This document shows positions 39,485 through 48,698 of a DNA stretch of 64,000 nt, one piece after another. Position 1 is the first letter of the stretch; the number at the start of each line of letters is the position of its first letter. The translations under genes and the position numbers were made by a program. Origin of the DNA: a virus; IMG/VR virus record IMGVR_UViG_3300035703_000016, positions 94,435-158,434 of that record. One strand, given 5' to 3'. The notes under the pieces were generated by a model. The model was not told the origin of the DNA, did not search any database, and saw nothing but the letters and a program-made list of their open reading frames with translations.

Positions 39485-40612
39485 TTAGTGACTATCACCA
39501 ACATCATTTTTTTCTCCAAAGATAAGATAATCTGGATTTATAACTTTTGCTACTCTTTTACGATCTCCAGAAGTGTGCTTAATAACTACTCCTTCATGAG
39601 GAGTCTTTGTGCCTTTGATATAATTATTGAAAACAAACTTATCTTGTATTTCTTGAGACCAAAACCCAGTATATAGAACTTCTACATGAGGCAAATCTAG
39701 AATATCTTCTACAACTGCTTTTGTAGTATATGTTCCAAAATATTGACCATTTTCTTGACAATCAAATACGCAAAATTCAATATTTTTTAGACAATAATCA
39801 TAATTTTTTTGAATGCCTGCTCCATAAATTTCACCGTATATAATAAAACCGCTTCCAATTTCATTTGGAGTCCATATTTTTACATAATTCCACAATTTTC
39901 GTTTGATATCATATTTATTGGCTATTTCATACCAAACATTAGTATTATAAAAACCTTGAGAATCTGAGCCTTTTTCTACATTATGAGAACCAACAACAAA
40001 TTCGAAATCTGCCCATTTATTTCCAAATAATTTTTTAATTCTGTCTAAAATAGATATCTTAGATTTTTTTACAATACCGAATCTAGCGTTTGTACCATGT
40101 ATTTTACGAGTTATTTGAACGTCATCATTTTCTGTAAAAAGACCCTTTACATTTTTTATATTTGGAAACTTATGATAGATATTAAAATTAGGATTTTCAA
40201 AATATCTTACTTTTCTCCCTGAAGATAATTGTATTTGTTTTGCTTCAGGTTCAAACTTAAAAATACCTAATAGAGACATTACATCATCTCCTTCTTTTAA
40301 ATTATTCTTACTTGTCAAATTAGCAAACTTAAGAGGAATAATAAGACATTCTGAATAAACCCCCCTTAATTTAATTGTTCTCACTCTATTTCCAGAACGA
40401 AGATAATTTGTAATACTGAGAGATTCAGCTAAATTTTGAGGAATAACTGCATCTGTCGTAGCGCATATAATTAATTCTCCTACAAAATGAGAATCTTTTT
40501 TTACTATGCATGACCATCCATTAATAGTCGCTGATTGAATATTATCAGCTCCTGGGATATTGTTAATAGAATCTATTTTTGCTACAAAAGCAACTGAATT
40601 TTGATTTTCCAT
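39485..40612 (-). CDS. RNA ligase (Rnl2/DRB0094 family)
   Basis: N-terminal OB (IPGADNI, KLRGVYS); motif I TRKIHGTN; YGEIYG; VFD; EGVVIK; KVIN. Confidence 0.88.
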   Translation of the reverse strand: MENQNSVAFVAKIDSINNIPGADNIQSATINGWSCIVKKDSHFVGELIICATTDAVIPQNLAESLSITNYLRSGNRVRTIKLRGVYSECLIIPLKFANLTSKNNLKEGDDVMSLLGIFKFEPEAKQIQLSSGRKVRYFENPNFNIYHKFPNIKNVKGLFTENDDVQITRKIHGTNARFGIVKKSKISILDRIKKLFGNKWADFEFVVGSHNVEKGSDSQGFYNTNVWYEIANKYDIKRKLWNYVKIWTPNEIGSGFIIYGEIYGAGIQKNYDYCLKNIEFCVFDCQENGQYFGTYTTKAVVEDILDLPHVEVLYTGFWSQEIQDKFVFNNYIKGTKTPHEGVVIKHTSGDRKRVAKVINPDYLIFGEKNDVGDSH

Positions 40613-40675
40613 AATCTTTATTTGTTTTAGTAAATTTAATGAAAATAATGATAAAAATAGAGGTTTTCTTTTGAG

Positions 40676-40882
40676 TTAAGATATATTTTCTATAACAAAA
40701 GCAATTATTCTACTTTCTAAATCAACATCTGTAATGTATTCTCCGTCATCGTCATAAATCTCCCAAGATGTATAACCGCTTTGAGGATTTTTGTCTTCTG
40801 TAAAAATTACTGAATATGATTCTCCTTCAAATTCAGCATTTATCATCAACTCTGTCTGTATAATTTCTATTTTGTTTTCCAT
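40676..40882 (-). CDS. Small acidic hypothetical protein
   Basis: ORF track. Confidence 0.5.
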   Translation of the reverse strand: MENKIEIIQTELMINAEFEGESYSVIFTEDKNPQSGYTSWEIYDDDGEYITDVDLESRIIAFVIENIS

Positions 40883-40913
40883 GTCTTAAAATTAAATGAA
40901 TTTGACTAAAATA

Positions 40914-40958
40914 AAAATAAGAAGTACAAAGTCCAAAAGGAAAATATACTTCTTATTT
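40914..40958 (-). terminator. Probable terminator hairpin
   Basis: AAATAAGAAGTA ... TACTTCTTATTT inverted repeat followed by T-run on minus strand. Confidence 0.45.
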
Positions 40959-40974
40959 AATTAAATTCTAATTA

Positions 40975-41094
40975 TTATTTTTTATAACATCTATATGATT
41001 TCATGTTTTTAGTATTTGGCTTATTATAAACCCCATATCTAGAACAAGATGAAAATAGAAATAAAAATATCACAAAAACTATTATTTTTTTCAT
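40975..41094 (-). CDS. Small lipoprotein (39 aa, not in ORF track)
   Basis: MKKIIVFVIFLFLFSSC lipobox. Confidence 0.5.
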   Translation of the reverse strand: MKKIIVFVIFLFLFSSCSRYGVYNKPNTKNMKSYRCYKK

Positions 41095-41348
41095 TCGTCT
41101 TTTTTAGTTTTAAAGGAAAATTTATCAGCCGTGTCTGCTCCCATTCCTATTATTGTAATTATCATAACAGCATTTATTAAGTCTGGAGAAGGTTTATATT
41201 CATTATGAGTAAAAGAGCTCAGTACTAAAGTGCCGCATAGAAATAAAGAACCAATAAAAGCGATAACAGGTTTTATAGAAGTAGATCCTCTTTCATCTTC
41301 AAATAAATCTTTAACCCATTCAATAAATTTTGTTTTTTGAGTTTTCAT
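41091..41348 (-). CDS. Two-TM membrane protein, holin-like
   Basis: Two hydrophobic helices, basic C-tail, TATTTATA upstream. Confidence 0.5.
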   Translation of the reverse strand: MKTQKTKFIEWVKDLFEDERGSTSIKPVIAFIGSLFLCGTLVLSSFTHNEYKPSPDLINAVMIITIIGMGADTADKFSFKTKKDE

Positions 41349-41387
41349 AGAGAGTTGTTTTTTTTATAAATATACAACTCAATATAA

Positions 41388-41930
41388 TTAATCGTGATCG
41401 TACTCGACAACTTCTATTCTACCGTCTGAAAATAGAGTTATTTCAGCATGATCTCCAAATAAGTCTTTAAAAAAGTCTCTTGGTATATCATTTAAAATAT
41501 CAGAAATCATTCTACTAGATTTAGCTAAAGATTCATTATAGTCTGGATTAAATTTAAGACCTCTTTGCCCTATTTTATTGGTTTCATACCAAGAATATCC
41601 AGCTAATTTACTAACTTGTTTATTAATTTCTACATCTTCTTCAGATTCCAATTTATCTACATAACAATGAATGCTAAGACATTCATTTTCAGAATCTCCG
41701 TTTACGATTAAATCATCGCAATGAACACTGAAAACACATTCATCACCATCATTGAAGTATGGAGTATATTGAGTCCACCCTACTGATTTTAATTCTGGAG
41801 TTTGAGCAAATATCTCAGAAAATAAAGAAGGAAATTGAGTTCTAAGATTTTCTATAAGTGTCTTCTTTTTTTCTTCAAATGCAGCAAATTCTGCTTTAAT
41901 TTTTGAAACTATTTCATTTTCGTTTTTCAT
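41388..41930 (-). CDS. Conserved phage hypothetical protein
   Basis: WTQYTPYFNDGDEC...FGDHAEIT...EYDHD. Confidence 0.6.
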   Translation of the reverse strand: MKNENEIVSKIKAEFAAFEEKKKTLIENLRTQFPSLFSEIFAQTPELKSVGWTQYTPYFNDGDECVFSVHCDDLIVNGDSENECLSIHCYVDKLESEEDVEINKQVSKLAGYSWYETNKIGQRGLKFNPDYNESLAKSSRMISDILNDIPRDFFKDLFGDHAEITLFSDGRIEVVEYDHD

Positions 41931-41931
41931 A

Positions 41932-42168
41932 TTATTCTTCTATTTTTATAATTTTAAATGGCATAAGCGGCTCATCATTCCAATCTCTAAACCACTCGTC
42001 TTCTGATTTTTCTTTATTAAGTCTGTCAACTTCCTCCTGAGCTTGACCAAGTTGATCTTCTGAATATAATTTAGATTTAATATTATATCCATCTGTCTTA
42101 TTATAGTATTCATCATTATACTCATAACAAGTTTCTACAATTAGATATTTTGCCATAATTTTAATCAA
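41932..42168 (-). CDS. Hypothetical protein
   Basis: ORF track. Confidence 0.5.
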   Translation of the reverse strand: MIKIMAKYLIVETCYEYNDEYYNKTDGYNIKSKLYSEDQLGQAQEEVDRLNKEKSEDEWFRDWNDEPLMPFKIIKIEE

Positions 42169-42577
42169 TTATTGAGACCTCGCCTCGATTTATAAATGAA
42201 TCAATTTCTTCTTTATTTTTAAATATTAGTTGACAACGATTTGGAGATCCCATCCCATTATTCATCCAAGGTTGAACTACTAAATTTTCTAAATAGTCTT
42301 GAACAGAAGGAATAAATTTCATTCTAAAATCCTCTAGAATATGATATTCACCAACGTCCTTAACATTGTATTTTTTCCCGTCTGAATTGATTCTTTGATG
42401 ACCGAATACTTTTGGAAGGATAGTTACAACAAACCACGAATTATGAGTTAAAACCCTATGTGCATTATTAGGGAAAGCTGCTTTACTTGAATCCATTAAT
42501 TCATGAATATCTAAGTAATCTTCTGGAACACCTCCAAATCTTTTTGCAGATAATTCTGCGTGAATAAAAGGAATCAT
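42161..42577 (-). CDS. His-rich DUF6915-like protein
   Basis: HAELSAKRFGG..EDY..IH..MDSSK...HR..TH...HILED. Confidence 0.6.
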   Translation of the reverse strand: MIPFIHAELSAKRFGGVPEDYLDIHELMDSSKAAFPNNAHRVLTHNSWFVVTILPKVFGHQRINSDGKKYNVKDVGEYHILEDFRMKFIPSVQDYLENLVVQPWMNNGMGSPNRCQLIFKNKEEIDSFINRGEVSIID

Positions 42578-42591
42578 AACTGTTTATTTTT

Positions 42592-43296
42592 TTAAATAAA
42601 TTCTATATTATTAGTTTCATTGTCCCAAATTACAGAAACTGGTTTATTTCTATAAGTGTAATTTTCCCCCAAAACAGCCGCATTAATGAAATGAGTATTA
42701 TTGTGAAATCTATATCCGTATCCTGAATGAATATGACCAAAGACGTGAATTTTTGGTTTTAGATAATTTACTCGTTCCATTAACATTTCACAGCCCAATT
42801 TATCCCATCTACCATCAACTTGATCTAAAATACCTGAAGGAGGACCATGAGTAATTAGGATATCTGTATTTTCTGGAATTAATAACCATTTAGACCACAT
42901 TTCTGGAGAATTTCTAGGAAGGTTAAACGCCCAATTATAGAATTCAGGTTGCCAAGGAGATCCCCATATTTTTACTCTATCTTCGTAATTATCATCATCT
43001 TCTCCTAATAAATGTAAATCATCCTGGAGATATATTACGTTAGGGTATTCAGACAATATTTTCTTTACTTTTTCAACATTATCTTGGAATCCCCAATCAT
43101 GATTACCTGCTATAAATATTTTATTAGTGTAAGAAGACAATCTACTAAACCAAGATAAAAACTCTCTTATTTCATGTTCGTGTCCCATAGATGAAATATC
43201 TCCAGAACATATAATCACGTCTCCACCAGTAAGATCAGAAGTTATTTGCTTGTGTTTACCGTGAGTATCTGATATAAATGTGATATTATATTTCAT
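42592..43296 (-). CDS. Calcineurin-like metallophosphoesterase
   Basis: SDTH, GD, AGNHD, ITHGPP, FGHIH. Confidence 0.9.
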   Translation of the reverse strand: MKYNITFISDTHGKHKQITSDLTGGDVIICSGDISSMGHEHEIREFLSWFSRLSSYTNKIFIAGNHDWGFQDNVEKVKKILSEYPNVIYLQDDLHLLGEDDDNYEDRVKIWGSPWQPEFYNWAFNLPRNSPEMWSKWLLIPENTDILITHGPPSGILDQVDGRWDKLGCEMLMERVNYLKPKIHVFGHIHSGYGYRFHNNTHFINAAVLGENYTYRNKPVSVIWDNETNNIEFI

Positions 43297-43298
43297 AA

Positions 43299-43706
43299 TT
43301 AAAGTGATTGAGAAATAATAGTTCCAACTGATATAGCTAATAAAACAAATCCAATTCTTGTTATAATTTTATGTTTTATTTTTTGTTTTTTTAAATCATT
43401 TTGTAAAGTAGTTACTGAAGACTTGTACTGAATTTCTTTTTCTTGAAAAATAGAAATTTGTTGTTTATATAATACAGTCTTACTTTCCATACTTTTTATT
43501 ATAGAGTCTTTACTATTACATTTATCTTGAGTTAATTCGAGTATTTTTGATTTAATATCAAAAGATTGTCGTAAACTATCACATGATATTAAATCTAGTG
43601 CAACTCTATTTGCTATTGGATATTGAAGAGTCACTGTACCTTGCTGAGAAAAAACTGTCGAGCTGAGAAGGAGTATAGTGAGAAACGCGAGTACGAATTT
43701 CATCAA
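43299..43706 (-). CDS. Secreted/membrane coiled-coil protein (spanin-like pair, second member)
   Basis: Signal peptide, coiled coil, C-terminal TM; overlaps upstream ORF by ~100 nt. Confidence 0.45.
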   Translation of the reverse strand: MMKFVLAFLTILLLSSTVFSQQGTVTLQYPIANRVALDLISCDSLRQSFDIKSKILELTQDKCNSKDSIIKSMESKTVLYKQQISIFQEKEIQYKSSVTTLQNDLKKQKIKHKIITRIGFVLLAISVGTIISQSL

Positions 43707-43986
43707 ATTTTATTTTAAGAGTAACGTATTTTGTCTTTTCAACTTCAATTAATTTATCGACAATATCAACTTTATTTTTGTAGGATAAAATTAAACTATC
43801 TTGTTTAAAATGAAAAGAATCTAATTGGACAATTTTATTAGAAAGACTATCTATTTTATGTTGATTAGAAAGTAAATGGGCTTTATTAGAATTGAATAAA
43901 TAAAATCCAAAAAGTAATAAAGCCCATACAAACCAGATAATTATCCCAGTTTTCCAATTTGTCATACTAGTGTTTTGAAGTATCAA
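43606..43986 (-). CDS. N-terminally anchored coiled-coil protein (i-spanin-like)
   Basis: Single N-terminal TM followed by coiled coil. Confidence 0.45.
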   Translation of the reverse strand: MILQNTSMTNWKTGIIIWFVWALLLFGFYLFNSNKAHLLSNQHKIDSLSNKIVQLDSFHFKQDSLILSYKNKVDIVDKLIEVEKTKYVTLKIKFDEIRTRVSHYTPSQLDSFFSARYSDSSISNSK

Positions 43987-44134
43987 TCACGCAAGAATCA
44001 AATTTAATAAAATTAGAATCAACAATTGTTGTTGTAGAATCATTTGAAAAATCAGATGTAGTATCTACATTATTTTGACAAGAAGCAAATAGAGTAATTA
44101 CAAAAACAAGAGCAACCGCTTTTAAGTATTTCAT
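43967..44134 (-). CDS. Small lipoprotein
   Basis: MKYLKAVALVFVITLFASC lipobox; the longer track ORF runs into tRNA-Glu. Confidence 0.55.
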   Translation of the reverse strand: MKYLKAVALVFVITLFASCQNNVDTTSDFSNDSTTTIVDSNFIKFDSCVIDTSKH

Positions 44135-44155
44135 TTTTATATTTTTTAATGTTAG

Positions 44156-44227
44156 TAATCCTATCGAGAATCGAACTCGAGACTTTTCATGGAAAGTGAA
44201 ACGTGATAACCTCTTCACCATAGGATC
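44156..44227 (-). tRNA. trnE: tRNA-Glu(TTC)
   Basis: Cloverleaf; anticodon arm TTTCA-CTTTCCA-TGAAA; GTTCGA T-loop. Confidence 0.88.
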
Positions 44228-44237
44228 AATTAAATTT

Positions 44238-44429
44238 CTATGCTAAATAGTAGCCAGAATTTCCAGGTTCTAGAGCAGACGCTAGTTTAACTGCTTCACC
44301 ATGAATTACAGTTCCATTTTTAGAAAATCCTACCCATTGTTCAGATGGAGCAATAGATCTTAGAGTATTGCGTTGCATTTTTCCGTTTACTTCTACATTT
44401 TTGTAGATTACAATTTTTTTCATAAACAT
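44238..44429 (-). CDS. Hypothetical protein
   Basis: ORF track. Confidence 0.5.
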   Translation of the reverse strand: MFMKKIVIYKNVEVNGKMQRNTLRSIAPSEQWVGFSKNGTVIHGEAVKLASALEPGNSGYYLA

Positions 44430-44460
44430 ATTGTTTTTAAAAGATAAAAAAATAATTTAG

Positions 44461-44533
44461 AGGCGAGTGCAGGATTCGAACCTGCGACCACTAGGGTTAT
44501 GAGCCCTGTAAGCTACCACTGCTCTAACTCGCT
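44461..44533 (-). tRNA. trnfM: tRNA-Met(CAT), initiator type
   Basis: GGG-CTCATAA-CCC three G-C pairs; 1:72 mismatch. Confidence 0.88.
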
Positions 44534-44651
44534 ATTTAATATTTTAAGCATCTCCGCCCATTTTTTAAAAATATTTGATTGCTATATTATAAAAGTAATA
44601 AAATTTTTCTAACTTTTACAATTTTTCTATTAAGTAATAAATTAGAAGATA

Positions 44652-44680
44652 AGAGTTACTCTCCATTGAGCTAAACACCC
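44652..44680 (-). pseudogene. Orphan tRNA 5' half
   Basis: GGGTGTT TA GCTC AATGGA GAGT with no T-arm or acceptor partner downstream. Confidence 0.45.
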
Positions 44681-44806
44681 TGAAAAGATCGTATCTGAAT
44701 TTAACCAGTAACATTCTCTTACCTTCATTTAAAGTGATACTTTTTTTCTAATCTTGACATATTTATTTTTTATTATAAATATACTCAAGGTACAAAAAAA
44801 TGTCCG

Positions 44807-45280
44807 AGGAGTCATAGGGAATCGAACCCTAATCCAAACAATAATAATCAATAGACTCATTCACAAGCTTAGTTAATTTTTCTAAACTAACAAAATAATC
44901 TTTTCCTATTTTAACATCGTTAAAGATAACTGTGTCGAATTCACTTTTAATATGGTAGAAATTCTGAACTAGACCATTATACAATTCAGTCTGTATATAA
45001 CTAGTGAGTTTCTGTTCCTAGGTACCTTACTCAACAACCCGATGAACTAAGCCGCTACAGCGTACTCTCCGTCTACAAATGCTAGAGCATCTTCAACAGT
45101 CCAAGTAGAAAGTTCTACTTTTGCATTTATTTGTGAATACATTTGTTAGGTAAGCTATCGGAATCTCTAACACAGTGTAGTGCCATATTTCCATGTCAAG
45201 TCTTACTTTAAGCACTATATCCTCGTGCTTGCTTGCATCATCTCAAAGAACTTTATCGCTGTCAAAACCTGTGTGACCCC
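44807..45280 (-). ncRNA. ssrA: tmRNA; tag (A)AKVELSTWTVEDALAFVDGEYAVAA* at 45124-45047
   Basis: 5' GGGGTCAC..GGTTTTGAC; 3' TAGGGTTCGATTCCCTA-TGACTCC with G3.U; ATAAAT-GCA resume context; tag ends YAVAA; smpB nearby. Confidence 0.92.
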
Positions 45281-45355
45281 TTATTGTTTTTATATACTAT
45301 AAATATACGTCAATTTATTTGATTTAAAAAGTAATTCTTTAGAGTAACTATTTAA

Positions 45356-45817
45356 TTAAGACTTTACTAAATGATCGGCACAATACGTCATCATTGGACT
45401 GTCACCCTTATGTCTTACAGAATATCCAAGACCTTCTGCCCAACCAACTGCTGCACGTAAAACTTCATTTGATTTAAATCTAGGATCGGGGTTTAGATCA
45501 ATATCTATGTATTTTGTCTTTGGTAGACCTGCGTCTTTTATTTCATTTGCTAAATTAATGGATTCCCAAACTTCATTCATAAGTCTTGAAGAAATATCTC
45601 TATCTCTAATAGTCTTAAATTTATGAAAAAGAACATGAGCCCCCTTTCCTGGAGTATATAAAGCTAAAACTAGAGCATATAGAGTTTCTCTTCCTTTTAC
45701 TTGAGAATCACATCCGATAAGAATATCTACATCTTTATGACTCTCTAAATAAGTTTTAATATAATCTATTAATTGTACTTCTTTTTTTCCTATAAGAGTC
45801 TTAAATGTTTTCATCAA
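45356..45817 (-). CDS. RNase H-like YkuK (DUF458) family protein
   Basis: ILIGCDSQ...RLMNEVWES...IDIDLN...YCADH. Confidence 0.8.
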   Translation of the reverse strand: MMKTFKTLIGKKEVQLIDYIKTYLESHKDVDILIGCDSQVKGRETLYALVLALYTPGKGAHVLFHKFKTIRDRDISSRLMNEVWESINLANEIKDAGLPKTKYIDIDLNPDPRFKSNEVLRAAVGWAEGLGYSVRHKGDSPMMTYCADHLVKS

Positions 45818-46239
45818 ATAGTGTGTTTAATTTGAACTCGAATACAATCTTGAGGTAATTTATTTTTCATCAAGAAGTTATTAATATAACCCATTATGTT
45901 TGCACTTCCAATAGGATTTGCGCTGTGAGTATAAATTCTTGGAAGTTTTATTCCAGTTTCTATACTATGATTAACAATCCACTTTGCGCAATCCATTCCA
46001 GTTTTTTCAGTGATATTAGAATAGTCTAAATGATAATTTGGAGAAACATTCCTAAAAAATTCTGCCATCGCTGAATCTCCTAAATCATGATCTAGTGAAA
46101 TAAGTTCTATATTATCTAAACCAATTTCAGTTATTTTAGAAACAAATTCATCATAATTTCTAACAACTATCCAATTAATATCTAAAATATCCTGTATTGG
46201 AGTTCTTACATCATCTAAATAAATCCAAACTTTTTTCAT
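45814..46239 (-). CDS. Cyclic-phosphate-processing receiver-like domain protein
   Basis: IYLDDVRTP, ISLDHDLG, TGMDCAKW, HSANPIG. Confidence 0.8.
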   Translation of the reverse strand: MKKVWIYLDDVRTPIQDILDINWIVVRNYDEFVSKITEIGLDNIELISLDHDLGDSAMAEFFRNVSPNYHLDYSNITEKTGMDCAKWIVNHSIETGIKLPRIYTHSANPIGSANIMGYINNFLMKNKLPQDCIRVQIKHTI

Positions 46240-46254
46240 ATTATTTTTTTTAAG

Positions 46255-46340
46255 TGCTCCCGATGGGAATCGAACCCATACGAACTTTACAGTTCATTGG
46301 TTTTTAAGACCAACCTGGTTACCAGTTACAGCACGAGAGC
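46255..46340 (-). tRNA. trnL: tRNA-Leu(TAA)
   Basis: TTGGT-CTTAAAA-ACCAA; long variable arm. Confidence 0.9.
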
Positions 46341-46355
46341 ATCATTATTTTCTAG

Positions 46356-46419
46356 ATTGTAAATATACAAAATCTTTTTGACAATTTAAAGACTTTTCTC
46401 GTATATTTGTTTTTATTAT
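46356..46419. promoter_or_regulatory. ~63 bp promoter-like element, near-identical copy at 54444-54506
   Basis: ATTGTAAAT.TACAAAATC.TTTTGACA...TTTTCTCGTATATTTGTTTTTATTAT in both places, each just upstream of a tRNA. Confidence 0.6.
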
Positions 46420-46420
46420 T

Positions 46421-48148
46421 TTAATCCTCTCTTAGAACTATTCTTTCTAAAAATTCATTAGGAAAATTATCTGAAGATCTTGTAATTAAATCCGATAAGC
46501 AGCCATCTAAAAAATAAGTTACGGCCCAGTCATCTTCTGATCTAACTGATCTACCTACTCCTTGAAGAATAGACGTACAAGTTTTCCAATTATACCAGCC
46601 TTTAGAATATTTCATTTTTTCAGAAACATATTTATCTCCTAAATTTGGATATGGCACTTTTAAAAAAATCTGAAGTCTGCTTTTATCATCCTTTAAATCA
46701 AGACCTTCTAATAAAGATGGACCTATTAAAATGTTTCCTGGAGTATCAATGAATTTTTTTAAACTATCCATTTTTTCTTCAGTTCCTTTATAAATATGGA
46801 TTCTTTTTTGTTTTTGTTTAGATAACTTATAAAGTAATTTATTTCCTAATTCATAAGAGCCAGAATGAATAACTCCAGATTCAGTTGGGTGAGCATCCAT
46901 AATATCAGACACAGTTTTAATTAACCAAGTCATATTTTTGTCAATATCCTTTTTACTCATTCTACGAGAAGGATAAAAATAAATAGGAGACTTTTTATAA
47001 TTAAAAGTTGATTCCATTTTTCTATAAAAAGATTTTTTAGCGCCAATACTAGATTCAAATTCAGACTTAGCGCCCATAGTAGCAGTCATAAGAAGCTTAA
47101 ATCCAAATCTATCTAAAAAATGTTTCTTCATTAGATATTTTTCATCAAGACAATTAAATGTTACTTCAGTATCATTAAGAGCTTTTATCATAAAATGAAG
47201 ACCTGATTTTTCAACTATTTCTATATAATCTTCAACTTTGCAAAGAACATCTTTTACATAGTCAAAGTTCTTAAATACCGATTTCCATTCTCCTGGAACA
47301 TTATCTCCTCCAAATTTGTCTTTTGCTGTTTTTTGAACTTCATCTCTATATGATTGAGCTCTACCTAAAATCATCATTGTGCGCTTTAGGTGCTTCAAGA
47401 GGACGCTCTTTTCTTCTTCACGAACAATATCATTAACTACGTCTCTTAACTGATCTACTGGTATTAGAGCGTTAGGAAATCCTATGTCTGCTAAGCCTAA
47501 AGAGAGTTTAAGAACATTATCCACAGTTTTAGGACTAATCTTTGGACTAAAATGACTTTGAACTATGTCTACTACTTTATGAGCTTCATCACAAATTACA
47601 AAATCTCTTTGTTCAAACGCAGATCCATTTTGGGACTTATCTTCTACATAATTTCTTTGAATAAGGGCATAAGAATAAGTTAATAATGCGACGTCTGAAT
47701 CTATAGCCCTTCTTCTAGACTGAAAATATCCACAGTTTCCATAGCAATTTAGTTTTTCAGACTCTTGATAATTAAGTCCTTTATTTTTACATTCTCCTAT
47801 TGAAAATTTTTCATTATTTAAAGAGCAAGTGTAGTTATCAACTCCTTTAATTTGACCCCAAGAAATAAGCCCGTGTTTAGAAAAATCTCTTGAGTATTGA
47901 TCATGAAGACTGATATCTGAAGTTAAAATGTATCCTTTTTTTCCACGACTTGCCATAAAAGCAGAAAATAGAATTGCAATTAGAGATTTACCTGTTCCAG
48001 TTGGAGCATCTAATAAGTACACTCCATTTTTATCTAAATTATAACTCTTTATAATGTCCTCTACTGTCTCTCTTTGTCCTTTTCTATATTTAAAATCCGG
48101 AAATCTTGATTTTACAAATCCGTCGAATTCTCTATATGATAATGTCAT
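46421..48148 (-). CDS. DinG/XPD-family SF2 helicase
   Basis: APTGTGKS, Cys cluster, DEAH, MTAT, EGLDL, KVPYP, QGVGRSVRSEDD. Confidence 0.9.
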   Translation of the reverse strand: MTLSYREFDGFVKSRFPDFKYRKGQRETVEDIIKSYNLDKNGVYLLDAPTGTGKSLIAILFSAFMASRGKKGYILTSDISLHDQYSRDFSKHGLISWGQIKGVDNYTCSLNNEKFSIGECKNKGLNYQESEKLNCYGNCGYFQSRRRAIDSDVALLTYSYALIQRNYVEDKSQNGSAFEQRDFVICDEAHKVVDIVQSHFSPKISPKTVDNVLKLSLGLADIGFPNALIPVDQLRDVVNDIVREEEKSVLLKHLKRTMMILGRAQSYRDEVQKTAKDKFGGDNVPGEWKSVFKNFDYVKDVLCKVEDYIEIVEKSGLHFMIKALNDTEVTFNCLDEKYLMKKHFLDRFGFKLLMTATMGAKSEFESSIGAKKSFYRKMESTFNYKKSPIYFYPSRRMSKKDIDKNMTWLIKTVSDIMDAHPTESGVIHSGSYELGNKLLYKLSKQKQKRIHIYKGTEEKMDSLKKFIDTPGNILIGPSLLEGLDLKDDKSRLQIFLKVPYPNLGDKYVSEKMKYSKGWYNWKTCTSILQGVGRSVRSEDDWAVTYFLDGCLSDLITRSSDNFPNEFLERIVLRED

Positions 48149-48150
48149 TT

Positions 48151-48270
48151 TTAATTTTTATGTCCGCATGATTCGCAATAATCACCTCTTCTAGCATCAT
48201 ACTCTAATCCGCAATTTTTACACCTCATCCAGATTTCGTGGTTAAATATTTTTATTAATCTCTTTATCAT
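48151..48270 (-). CDS. Small Zn-ribbon protein (39 aa, not in ORF track)
   Basis: CKNCG...CESCG by hand translation. Confidence 0.5.
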   Translation of the reverse strand: MIKRLIKIFNHEIWMRCKNCGLEYDARRGDYCESCGHKN

Positions 48271-48662
48271 ATGAGTTTTATTTCAAATCGATCTTTCATT
48301 TTTTGGATTGTCTCATTTGGAACTCCATGTATACTTTCGTTGCCATGTCTATTTTCAACTATAAGAGAAACTACACGATATCCGAATTCTTCTGCCATTT
48401 GTAAATATGGTTGCATTTCTTTCTCAGTTGTAGAAGTGTTTGATATAACTACTTGAGGTTTTCCATTTCCTAATAAATGTCTTACTATTCTTTTACACCA
48501 ATCGTGTGCATCTTTTAATCTAGCAGGATTAAACCTATATTCATCATTAAGATAAAAAAATTGATCAGCTTCACATATAACAGCTTCAGGCCACATCAAA
48601 CTTGCAAATGTACTTTTACCTGAGCCAGGTAACCCTCTTAGTAAAATTAAAACTTTTTCCAT
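48267..48662 (-). CDS. P-loop kinase (AAA_33, polynucleotide-kinase-like)
   Basis: LRGLPGSGKST, EADQFF, AHDWC, SNT, HGVP. Confidence 0.85.
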   Translation of the reverse strand: MEKVLILLRGLPGSGKSTFASLMWPEAVICEADQFFYLNDEYRFNPARLKDAHDWCKRIVRHLLGNGKPQVVISNTSTTEKEMQPYLQMAEEFGYRVVSLIVENRHGNESIHGVPNETIQKMKDRFEIKLI

Positions 48663-48698
48663 AACATAAATTTAAATAATATATTTCAAATATCAAAG

